Positions 40,629 through 51,139 of a DNA stretch of 64,000 bases are shown here, piece by piece. Both the position numbers and the translations under genes were made by a program. Source of the stretch: an uncultured virus (IMG/VR IMGVR_UViG_3300033233_000003) (Duplodnaviria; Heunggongvirae; Uroviricota; Caudoviricetes); IMG/VR virus record IMGVR_UViG_3300033233_000003. One strand, given 5' to 3'. The notes beneath the pieces are model-generated. The model was not told where the DNA came from. It searched no databases and saw only the letters and a program-made list of their open reading frames with translations. How positions within the stretch are numbered: position 1 is the stretch's first letter; each line of letters starts with the position of its first letter.

Positions 40629-41157
40629 AGCCGAATGCCTGGGGATTGTTGATCGTCCACATCATCCGCGTTCGCGAGATGCTGCGAGACCTCGTCTTGC
40701 TGACATTCCGACGCCGACTCTACGTCCGGTGCGGGAACTTCCTGCGCACGTTCCGCCCGTGTCGTAGGGACGCGACCATGTCGTTCGATGGCGAGCCTCC
40801 GCTGTACTGCGCCGCCTGCGATCCGAGCGGCGTCGATGTGGGGCGTTGGGAGCGGGCTCCGTCGTGGGCTTCAAATGGCCGGAAAATGGGTGCGCTGAAG
40901 CCAGCGACTTCTGGTGCAGGAACGAGGGCTGCACCTAATGTCGACGGGAAATGAGGCTTTAGGTGCAAAGCCACTGGACCTCCTCGCCATGGAGGGGGCC
41001 ATCATGGCATTGCGTCCGTCGGCCTGCCCACACGTGGAGACGACCCCGATCCCTTGGTTGAACCCCGAGGGCATCATCGGGGTGATGCTCTGCTGCGCGA
41101 AGTGCGGCGCAGAGGTGAAGTTCGTGGCGCTCTCCGAAGATGGTGGGCCGTGACGCC

Positions 41158-42033
41158 ATGACGATCGAGTCTTGCGAGGAGTGCCGAGGCATCTTCCATC
41201 TGTTGAAGGGCGCCGGGGACACGACCACGCGCACTCCAGCGAAGTTGCCGGCGATCCTATCGACACGTGAAGTGTCCACTTTGGAGATGGACGCGCGGAC
41301 TCAAAAGCTCGTGAACCTGCGGAAGGCCTACGAGCGCAAGCTTCCCGAGACCGACGAGAACACCGTGGAGCACGAGCACCAGCGGGGAATCATCACGGGC
41401 ATCACGCTCGCGATCGACGTGCTCCAAGGCGCCGGGATCAAGATCAAGGATCGAGCTTCGGTGCAACAAGGCCAAGGCGCGTTGCGGATCTCACCGCTCA
41501 AAGACGTGCCGCGAGCAGTGCCACCCCGAACGCGCACGAAGGTCGCGAGAGTGGACTCTAATTCACTGAGCGTGATGGAGGGAATCCTTCTCGACGTGTT
41601 GCTGGCGAGGGGAGAGCCCACGAGCAAGGAGCTGCTGGGTATCCTGAGCCTGTATGCCCCGAGCGGGCCCATGAACACCGCGCTGAAGACCCTGCGCGAG
41701 AGTGGACACATCGAAGGAGTAGGTCAGAAGATCTCTGCCACGACGCAGGCGCGCGGCGAGGGCAGACCTTCGAGGAAGCTGCTTTGCGGCGACGCGCTCC
41801 TCGCGGCATGGGTCAAGAAGCTCTCCGTCATGGAGGGCGAGCTGCTCACTGCGATCGTGCACATCGCGAGGAGTCGTCGGGAAGAGTGTCGATCAGTCTC
41901 GATCGACAACGAGGAGATCCAGAATGAGGCTGACTATCGACCGAGCGGTCCCTACAACACCGCGATGAAGCGCCTGCGGAACACCAGCCTCATCGAGCGA
42001 GGCACGAACCATCCCAACGCGGAGCTGCTATGA
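41158..42033 (+). CDS. Hypothetical protein with an internal duplicated HTH-like domain
   Basis: LSVMEGxLL...YxPSGPxNTAxKxLR occurs twice. Confidence 0.65.
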   Translation: MTIESCEECRGIFHLLKGAGDTTTRTPAKLPAILSTREVSTLEMDARTQKLVNLRKAYERKLPETDENTVEHEHQRGIITGITLAIDVLQGAGIKIKDRASVQQGQGALRISPLKDVPRAVPPRTRTKVARVDSNSLSVMEGILLDVLLARGEPTSKELLGILSLYAPSGPMNTALKTLRESGHIEGVGQKISATTQARGEGRPSRKLLCGDALLAAWVKKLSVMEGELLTAIVHIARSRREECRSVSIDNEEIQNEADYRPSGPYNTAMKRLRNTSLIERGTNHPNAELL

Positions 42034-42524
42034 CGATCACATGGAAGAGGATCGAGGGCGAGCGCGACCGGAGGTACGCACGCTTCACGCTGATCGAGCG
42101 CGCCGACCTCTATCGCGATGCCATCGAACGCTCCATCCATCGCGGTGACAGCGCCTCTGAATTGGCTCTTCGCGAGCGAATGAAGATCCGCATCGAGGTC
42201 CTGGCGCTCGTCTACAGGAAGATCATCTGGCGCAGCGGAAAGTTGCCGTCGTCGCTTTGCGTCGAAGACAAGTACAAGAACGCGTGGTAGTGAGTAGTGA
42301 GCATGGATCCAAAGGGGAAGACGAGGATCATGGCGAAACGGAGAACGATCTACGGCGAGCGCAAGTTCATCGGCGAGGAGACCGAGAAGGTCGTCCTGCA
42401 GATCTCGACCGCGTTCGAGTGCAGGCTTCGCGGGCTGCGCATCGACGGCGACAAACGGAGCCGCGAGGCGATCGGCGTTCACGAGGTGCGCTCCATTCGG
42501 ACGGGTCCGCTGCTGCTCTTCAGC

Positions 42525-42679
42525 CTGGTCACAACGCGGTCGCCTTCGGCGCCGCTGGTCACAACGCGGTCGCCTTCGGCGCCGCTAGTCCCGACGCGGT
42601 CGCCTTCGGCGCCGCTAGTCCCGACGCGGTCGCCTTCGGCGCCGCTAGTCCCGACGCGGTCGCCTTCGGCGCCGCTAGT
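42525..42679. repeat. Five tandem 30-bp hairpin units inside ORF 42297-42899
   Basis: CT(G/A)GTC(ACA/CCG)ACGCGGTCGCCTTCGGCGCCG x5, no spacers. Confidence 0.95.
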
Positions 42680-43831
42680 GGCGCCGAAGACCATCGGCCC
42701 AGAAGTTCTCAACCTGACTCTGACACCTCTCAGAGAAGCAGAAGTTCTTCTGGGCGAGCGTCACGTGAACGTGGAGACCCTGGAAGCCACGGCCTTCGAC
42801 GAGGAGTGGCGCGTCGCCGAGATCTTCGAGGTCGAGATCGAGACGTGGAAAGACAGCGTAGACGTGTGCCTCGTGGCGGACGTGGAGATCTGCCTATGAG
42901 CATCAAGAGGCATCCCGAGGTCGTCGCGATCGAGCGGAAGAAGATCCACATGATGCGTCGCGGCCCCAGCGGCGCCGGAGGCGACCGCGTTGGAACAATC
43001 GATCGTTGGTACGTGACGCTCGCCTTCGGCGAAATCCGAAAGAAGCTCGCCGTCTCCGAGGAAGCCGTCCGCTGGTTGCGAGGAGAACTTCCGTGAATCG
43101 ACACATTTTGCTCGAAGATCGAGAAGTCGTCGACGCGCCCACGATCGCGAAGGCGGCGCTCTACTGTTACGACTGCGAGCACTCGTTGCTCTTGCCGAAA
43201 GTCCACCGCGAGAGCGTCGAGGAAGCCGCGAAGCTCGGACGTGAGCGCGGAAGCGATGCCTTCAGCAAGGCCATGATGTCGGCCTACAGGGAAGACCCTG
43301 CCCAGAAGTTCGCGATCACAGCTTTCCTCCTCTGCCACCAGGGCCACTGCATCTCGCCGGCCATGATCGTGGAGACGGTCGCCGGAGGATCCGCGTGATC
43401 CTCCTGAATTTCTGCGCCGACTGTCTTTCGCGCTTTCACGCGCACTCGACCGCGCTCGCGCTCGTCACGCTGTGCTCCGACTGCGGGGCGAAGCTCGCGC
43501 AGGTCGGCCGCCTGATGACGGGGGCTCTGCACATGGGCCTGATGGAGCACGACGGCAAGGGCGGTGTGCCGGAACTCGACCGTGATCCGGTCGGCGTCGT
43601 GATCTCGGTCGAGGACGACAAGGACGACGATCGTAGCGCCGGTGACAAGGTCCCGAAGAAGATGGTCGCGATGGAGATCGGCTTCTCGGACCACGGTCCG
43701 GTCGAGAAGAGCACCATGCCGCCGAGGACCGCGCGACACATCTCCAGGCAGCTCGCGGAGGCGGCCATCTCGGCGGAGAAGGGGTTGAAGTTCAGGGTGG
43801 CGCTGAAGATCGGTCAAAAGGGAAGCATCCG

Positions 43832-44386
43832 ATGAGCAACGTCTACCGACTACCGACTCCAGGGAAAGGTGAAAGGGTGAAAGTCCTCTTCCTCGACATC
43901 GACGGCGTCTTGAACTCGACGCGCTTCATGGTGGAGCGCGCGAAGGCCGGAACGTGGGAGAGCGCGGATCCGAAGGACTGGACCAACATGCTCGATCCGA
44001 TCGCGGTCGCGATCCTGAATCGAGTGGTCGGGGCGACCGGCTGCAAGATCGTCATCAGCTCGTCGTGGCGCGTCGCGCACCCGTTCGATCATATCGGGCT
44101 CTTCATGAGGAAGGCTGGCTTCGTTGGCGAGGTAATCGGGCAGACGGCGCAGTACGTCCGCATCTCTTCCGACGTCTACGGCGGGCGATCCGTCGAGATC
44201 GTGTCGTGGCTCACAGACCATCCAGAGGTCGAGAGCTTCGCCATCGTCGACGACGGCAGCGACGCCGGCATCGGCATGGAGAGCCGCTTCGTCGACACGT
44301 GGCTGTCGGTGGGGTTGACGAATGAGGACGCCGATCGACTCATCGAGATCCTGAACGCACGAGCGCGCCATGAAGAAGCTCTCTGA
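43832..44386 (+). CDS. HAD-superfamily protein (RNA-repair-associated type)
   Basis: LFLDIDGVLNS, KIVISSSWR, FAIVDD. Confidence 0.85.
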   Translation: MSNVYRLPTPGKGERVKVLFLDIDGVLNSTRFMVERAKAGTWESADPKDWTNMLDPIAVAILNRVVGATGCKIVISSSWRVAHPFDHIGLFMRKAGFVGEVIGQTAQYVRISSDVYGGRSVEIVSWLTDHPEVESFAIVDDGSDAGIGMESRFVDTWLSVGLTNEDADRLIEILNARARHEEAL

Positions 44387-44542
44387 CGCACAGTGGATGA
44401 ATCGACATTTTCCGGATCCGAGAGCCAGGGAGGCGGCCGACATCGCGATCGACGCGCTCAGCGTGGACGAGCCCATGCATGTCTTTTTGGACACCTGGAT
44501 CGCGGCCTATCAGACGTCTGGTGGGAAGGTCGATTTCGAGCC

Positions 44543-47500
44543 ATGAGCACCAGCGGTCGCGAAGCGAGCCGCGTTGGAAGAGAGCCACCCTGCGGTCCCG
44601 CACCTTGCCCGAGATGCAAAGCCATCTCGCTCTGCGTCGATTGGAGCGAGGTCGACATCGGTGTGGGAATCCAGACGTGGGGACATATTTGGGAATGCCC
44701 GACGCATGGTCACTTCTGTGAGGAGAGCGACGCCGACCTTGACGCGTGATCACGATGTGTGTACACTTCTCATCACCATGGTCGACGAGGGCGCGCAGAT
44801 CTCGGGATTCAAATTGATCATCACATCGCTGATGCTCGCTTTCTTGGCCATGACGACGGTCATGATCTTTCAATGGGCCCGCTACCGCGAGCCCTACGTG
44901 CCGCCGTGCGGCTACGGCAGTTCAGAGATCCTCGTCCGCGAGGCTGACGGCAAGGCGCGCGTCGTCTGCGGTTGTCCCCTTCCGGGAGGAAGGAACTGAT
45001 GGCCGCTTTCTGCTACCAGTGTGCGATCGACTGTGATTGGGACAACGATCTCGCCGGCATCACCACCGAGGCGGATTGGGAGAAAGGCCTCGCCGCGGAA
45101 GTGTTGTGCGAGGGCTGCGGGATGATCCAGGTCGATCCGAAAGGCCGCTGCGTGACGAGTCACGCTCCCGAGGAGCCCTTCTCGGCTGGCTGTACGCAGG
45201 CAGGCAAGCCTGGTCACGGCTTGCCATGGAAAAACGCGAAGAGTGCATCATGATCTCCCGCCCTACTGACCCGCGCATCCTCGAAGCGCTCTGCGTCCAC
45301 GAGCTGTACCGCAAGCTCGGCTTCTCCTCGGAACAGATCCACCTGACTGTGGCGAGGGAGGCCGACGAGATGTGCGAGGATCACGGGCATCTCTGTCTCT
45401 ACGTCTCGATCTTGCTCAAGCAAAATGCCGAGATCTCCGAGACGTCGTTCACCAAGGACGAGTTCCATGTGCGGGTCGATCGCTATGCCGGTAAGGAAGC
45501 CGAGCTGGCCGCGCTCTGGACCGCAGCCGCGGCGTGGTTCAACACCGCGGGCGACGAAGAATTGACGAGCCTCTTCGAGGTGTCGAGAGCACGACGCTGG
45601 ATGGCGCTGATCGTCGAGCGATTGGGAGCACGCGGCATCCCCGTGAAATTCTCGGGAGACAAACCCTCATGATCTCTGCCGAGAGGGTGAACGAAATCCG
45701 GGCGTGGGTAGAGACCCGCAAATCCATCGAGGCCGAGTGGAAGAACCAGAGGCGGACCTGTCCTGGCCTCGACGAAAATGACATGAAGGCTACCCAGGTT
45801 GCGATCGATCTCCTGGCCTTCCTCGACGACACGACGGTGGAGTCACGCACGCCGGCATTGATCGCCGGCGCGTATGAGGCGGCCGTGGCCTATTGTCGCA
45901 GGCGTCGCGAAGGAACCTGTGGCCCCACAGTCACAGGTCCACACGGGGAGATCAAGACTCAGTATCACATGATGGGCCAGGAGCAGGCGACGCTCGACTG
46001 CGTCCGCGAGATCGGCAGGCTCACCCCGGCTGACGCGCGCGCCGCACTCGACGCGTTGATCAAGGACGCCTACAAGCGGGGACGTGCGGAGGCCACCGCC
46101 AAGAAGACGGTGTTGCCATGACGATGAGAAGAGCAGTGACCTCAGACGAGTGGAACAAGTTGGTCAAGAAGCTCGGCCAGCTCCGAGCGCTCGCGCGCTC
46201 GGCGAGCGGCGACGCCGCGACCGGCTCGCTCGACGAGGCGCGCAACGCCGCGCTCGCGCTCTGCGGGCTGCTCGATCGCCACGAGCTTCAGATCATGCCC
46301 GGGGACGCGATCGTCTACCCGACGATCGAAGCCGTGAGCGAAACGGCTGCCGCGAACGCGGCGGACGCCGCCGATGCCGCGGAAATCCGCGAGCGGATGG
46401 CACGAGCCAAGGCGAAGCCAAGCGGCGCCGGAGGCGACCGCGTCGGAAATAGCGATCCCAGGTACGGTGAACGGAAATCCGCGAGAAGATCCCCGGAGTC
46501 GGCGAAGTCGACCGCGGATGACTTCCCGGATCGAGCGACGATCGCAGCCGAGCGCATCCGGCGCGGCATCGTGGTCCTGGAGAGCAAGTACCGTGGCGAC
46601 TGCCTCCACTGCGAGAAGCCCTACATCCGCGGCGAGAAGATCTACTGGAAGCGCGACAAGGGTGCGTGGCACCCGCGGTGCTGGATCGAAGGTACCTTCG
46701 GCAAGACACCGCCGACTCCACCTCCGGTTGAGCCGAGCATCGAGGACGACGACTTCGACGGGCTGCACTCGATCTGGGGAGGCTCGCCGATGAAGGGAGG
46801 ACGAAGACGATGACGGGCATCGAGCTTGTTCAAGAAGAGGCCGAGAGGCTGGGTCTGCAGATCTCCACCGAGGACGCTGACTACATCCTCTGGGAAGAGA
46901 CAGGATTTCCGTGTTACTTCGTGCTCGACGAGGAGCATCCCACGCTGGAGTCGAGGCTCAGGCAGCAGGTCCAGATGTTCCTCCTGAAAGTGAAGGAGAG
47001 GCGGGAGAAGCGATGACGAACCTTCGTCTCCTGCGCACGCTCGCGCTCTACGCTCGATGTCGAGTCCTCGCTCGTGAAGACTTCTCCATCGAGATCGTGG
47101 AGTTCACCGGCGCCTGCGCCGGCGAGACCGGCATCCTTCGGTGGCGTGTCGGCCATGCCCCTGATTCTCAGGTGCGCTGCCGCGGCGTCTCGATGACGGC
47201 GACGGACGGCGCGCTGCTCAGAGCGCTGAAGGACGCGCACCTCTTCCTTCGACGGACGGCACGCTCGGCGCGCCCGTCGATGAATCAAGCGCCGGAGGCA
47301 CGACCGTGATGCATGACGAGGCCGAGGAGCGCGTCATGGAGGTCTTTCGAGAGACCTATCGACGCGTGTGGACGCCGAGCCGCGCCGCCGAGGCGATCGC
47401 CGCGATCATGAAGATGGACGACGACGCCATGTACGAAGGCATCCGGAAGCAATCATCTTGGCTGCGCCACCTCCAGGAGGCGCTTGCGACGCCCGTCTGG

Positions 47501-48513
47501 TTGCAGGTCTGCGGCAAGACGACGCTGCGGTGGCAGGAGGACGACGCGTATCCGCCGGATGCCGAGACGAGGGACGGCGCGCTGCTTCGCCTCTTCGGCA
47601 AAAAGAACGTGCAGCTTGCTCAGCTCGACAAACTCGACGGCGGCGATGCGTTCTATGGACTCTATATAGACAAGCAACAGGTGCCCCCATTGACCTTCTT
47701 CGTCTTGATCTCTTCGCCGCTCGGCGACGAGATCCACGTCTTGCCGGCGGAGGTCGTCGATCTCTACCTCGCGATCGAGGCTCTGGAGAAATTGACGTGA
47801 AGAGGCTCTACGTCGTGACGCTCTCCATGGAGGTCGTGGTCGTCGCCGAAGGTCCGTCGGAAGCGAGCCGCATCGCCGAGGTGGCCGACATCGACTTCCA
47901 CTCCTGGGACGGAGACGCGGTCGAGATGCGTCACCTTCCGGGCGACTGGGATCTCGACTGCATCCCCTTTGGAGATGCAGATCCTGAGCGTACTGTCGGT
48001 CAGTGGATCGAGGCCGGCGCTGCGCCGGCCTACGTCGATCCGACGAAGAAGCTCGTCTCTCCACTCGAAGACCCGGATGACCAGGAGAGCTTATGACCGA
48101 CGGAGAACTCGACATGGTTCAGAGCGAAGTTCGTCGCGCGATGCGGCGCGTGGCGGAGATCACCCGCGATCAGTGTGCGCAGTATGTCAGACAGTTCGGG
48201 GGCCGGGTTGGAAACGAATATCTCGCCAAGATGATCGGCCGGATGCCGCTTCCTGGAGATTTCAGCACGCCTGCGAGCGAGAGTGGAACCGATGATGTCT
48301 GAGGATCTTCAAGCCCGCATCGTGGAGCTGGCGGCGCTCGCTCGACAGATCGATGTCGAGCAGCTGGTCCGCCAGGGCGAGGCCGGCACGCTCGTCTCGA
48401 CCGTGCCTGGCCACACCGCGGAAGACCTCCGGATGCTGGCCGTGGGCGTGGCGCGCCTGCGCGGCATGGCAGAGACCGTGGCGCAGAACCAGGAAGCGAG
48501 AAGAAGAAAGTGA
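44543..48513 (+). other. Run of small coupled hypothetical ORFs
   Basis: ATGA/GTGA chains, many CxxC motifs; no family recognised. Confidence 0.55.
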
Positions 48514-49364
48514 ACCCGGCGGTGGTTCGCTTCGAGGACGGCGTCGCCATTCGCGGAAGCTTTCCGGGAGACAACCTCCTGGCCCTCGAATTGGCGAACA
48601 GGACCGGCAAGCTGCCGCTCGTGATCGCGGATCCGCCGTACGGGAACATTCTGGATGCCAAGTGGGATCGCGTCGAAGAGGACGATCAGGCCTTCTGCCG
48701 CTGGATGATCTCCTGGACGAGGTTCCTGGAAGGCGTGATGCTCCCCGGTGCCGCCTTGTATGTCTGGGGAGGTGTGGGGAGGCCTCGCGACGCCGACAAG
48801 GGGACGCCGCCCTTTCGGCCCTTCCTGCGCTACCTCGTCGACGTCGAACTGAAGACCGGCTTCGAGCTGTCGACGCCGATCACCTGGAAGAAGAAGCGCG
48901 CTTACGGCATCCAGTGGGGATACCTGTTCACGCGCGAGGAGCTGGCCTACCTCGTGCTCGGGCCGTTCAAGAAGCCGCACAAATTCACAGTACCGCTGCT
49001 CGACACGAAGCGCGGTTATGCTGGCTATAATTCCGCTTATCCAGCGAAAAGCGAGTTCCTTCGGAGGAGCAACGTCTGGGACGACGTGACGGAGATCCTG
49101 CGCGGCAAGGTGCACGACGCGCAGAAGCCGCAGCGCCTTTTGGAGATCCCGATTGAGGTGCACACCGAGCCCGGCGAATGGGTCATGGATCCCTTCGCGG
49201 GATCGGGCAGCACCGCGCTCGCGGCGCGCAAGCTCGGGCGAAGGTTCATCGTCGTCGAGCGAGATGAGGTCGAGTTCGAGAAGATGGTCGCGCGCCTACG
49301 CGGAGAGATCGTCGAGATCGAATCGAGCGATGATAAGTCCTTGCCACAGGAGCTGCCCCGATGA
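48510..49364 (+). CDS. Solitary N6-adenine/N4-cytosine DNA methyltransferase
   Basis: IADPPY, HDAQKP, VMDPFAGSGST; no adjacent nuclease. Confidence 0.9.
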   Translation: MNPAVVRFEDGVAIRGSFPGDNLLALELANRTGKLPLVIADPPYGNILDAKWDRVEEDDQAFCRWMISWTRFLEGVMLPGAALYVWGGVGRPRDADKGTPPFRPFLRYLVDVELKTGFELSTPITWKKKRAYGIQWGYLFTREELAYLVLGPFKKPHKFTVPLLDTKRGYAGYNSAYPAKSEFLRRSNVWDDVTEILRGKVHDAQKPQRLLEIPIEVHTEPGEWVMDPFAGSGSTALAARKLGRRFIVVERDEVEFEKMVARLRGEIVEIESSDDKSLPQELPR

Positions 49365-50290
49365 CCTGGAAATCACTCCCCGACGACATGACCGAGACTT
49401 GTGACGCTTTTCCGAGTTGGCACGATCCGACTCGGATCGGCGGATGGTCGCGCGACAAATCGTCAGAGGGTCGTTGCGGCAAGCCGGCCCGCTTCATCCA
49501 CGAGATGACCTGCGGGTGCGGGGCCTGCGACATGACGCATCGGATGTGCGAGGCCTGCTATCTCAAGGCCCAAGAGCAGGAGCGGGACCCACTGCCTGAC
49601 CGCAATGACAAGACGCTCACCATCGTCAGGGAACTCGGCTTCGACACGTCCATGGGACCAGGCGGCACTATCGAGAAGGTCTTCTTCCTCGGCCCGCTGA
49701 TGGCGGACGGACGTAAGACTGGAGCGCATGCGACAGAGGAGGCCATCATCGACTTCATCGCCTACTTCGAGAGCCAGATCGCCGTGGCGAAGGACTACGT
49801 CGCCAACGGGCGCAACAACAAGACCCACGAGTGGACCAAGTCTGGCGCCTGATGGACAACACGAGCTGCCAGCACTGCGGCCACGATCTGAACGATCACG
49901 CTGCCCATGCCGCCGCCGTCTGTGGCTGCGCCGAGGGCGGTTGCCGCGACCGCACGGAGATGCGGCGGAGACACGGCACGCCCGAGGCGTTCGCCGAGTC
50001 GGTGAAGAGGGCCATCGGTGAGATCAGCGTGAGCGAGGCCATGGACGCGATCGCGCGCTACGAGGCCGAGTATCAGGCGGCCGAGGAGCAATCCTGATGG
50101 ATACGGTCTACCACACGAGCTGCCAGCGCTGCGGCAACGAGCTGGAGGGCAAGCGCCGCTGTCCGCTCTGCGGGACCTTCTGCTGCGCCCGATGCGGTAC
50201 CACCAAAGTGGCGCTCTTTCTGATCCGAAGGCTCAAGAGGGACGGGAGGATGTGTTGCGCATGCATCGCGGAGACGAGGGGAGAATCCAC

Positions 50291-51139
50291 ATGAACGGGG
50301 ATCGAAAGGGCGGCTACATCCTCACCGCGAGCGGCGTCCACTACTACCCGCTCGATCCTCGTCCCGAAGACGTGCAGCTCGACGACGTGGCGCACTCGCT
50401 CAGCCAGCAGTGCCGCTTCGGCGGCCATACCCACGAGAGGGACGGCTCCCCGCGGCACTACTCGGTCGCCGAGCACGCGATCTACGTGAGCTTCGTTGTC
50501 CAGGCGTTCGGCTTCGACGAGCACGTCACGTTGCGTGCGCTCCACCACGACAGCCCGGAGGGCTACCTCGTCGATCTGCCGCGCCCGATCAAGAAGGATC
50601 CGCGGATGTCCTTCTACGAGGAGGCCGAGGCTCTCAACATGACGGCGATGGAGAGTCCACTCGGCCTTCGCGCGGATCACCTTCGCGCGGATCACCCGAT
50701 CATCGACGCGGCCGCCCAGCTGATGCTCGCGATCGAGATGCGCGACCTCATGAACCATAATTCCAATCCCTCCATGATCGAGGAGGCCCGTGCCGACTTG
50801 ATGAAGCTCTCTGGCTCACTCGAAAGTCAGCGATCCAAGCTGCTCGTCTTCGACATGATCGACCTCGGCATCGAGCGGCCCTTCCTGCACTCGATGTACC
50901 ACTGGAAGGACGCGTTCCTCGCGCGTGACCGCGCGATTCGCAACATGGGCAAGCCGGAGGGGCTGCTCGTCGACCGCATGATCAAGCTCCAACCTGAACC
51001 CGTGCCGAACACATTGGAGGGGGCCGATCGAGAGATCGCCAGGCGGATGGCGCTCGGCGACGCGGGACCAAAGCGCTGCCACTGCGAAGGCCGGATCGTG
51101 AGCTGCATCGACTGCGACGGAAAGGGGTGGGTTCGATGA
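50291..51139 (+). CDS. HD-domain phosphohydrolase (YfbR/YfdR-like 5'-deoxynucleotidase)
   Basis: AHSLSQQCRFGGH, YSVAEHA, ALHHDSPEGYLVDLPRPIK. Confidence 0.85.
   Translation: MNGDRKGGYILTASGVHYYPLDPRPEDVQLDDVAHSLSQQCRFGGHTHERDGSPRHYSVAEHAIYVSFVVQAFGFDEHVTLRALHHDSPEGYLVDLPRPIKKDPRMSFYEEAEALNMTAMESPLGLRADHLRADHPIIDAAAQLMLAIEMRDLMNHNSNPSMIEEARADLMKLSGSLESQRSKLLVFDMIDLGIERPFLHSMYHWKDAFLARDRAIRNMGKPEGLLVDRMIKLQPEPVPNTLEGADREIARRMALGDAGPKRCHCEGRIVSCIDCDGKGWVR

Larger units (their letters stand above)
36370..40972 (+). mobile_element. Element E: complete SWIM-DDE cargo transposon (4603 bp)
   Basis: Perfect IR GGCTTTGCACCTAAA. 9-bp TSD ACTGGACCT at 36361-36369 and 40973-40981. TGCACCTAA repeats at both ends. 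Confidence 0.95.
36104..41153 (+). pseudogene. Paralogue of 35620-36024 split by element E
   Basis: 36104-36369 joined to 40982-41153 gives MAHVKITIIYDD...GQLDLLAMEG...CCAKCGAEVKFVALSEDGGP*. Confidence 0.8.

Noticed and set aside
1..40972. RNA-guided transposon (TnpB, IscB or CAST)
   Set aside because: No RuvC/Cas-like or TnsC/TniQ gene, and no conserved non-coding RNA-sized region among the copies.
42525..42679. Possible CRISPR array
   Set aside because: Units are contiguous with no unique spacers, and no cas genes are visible.
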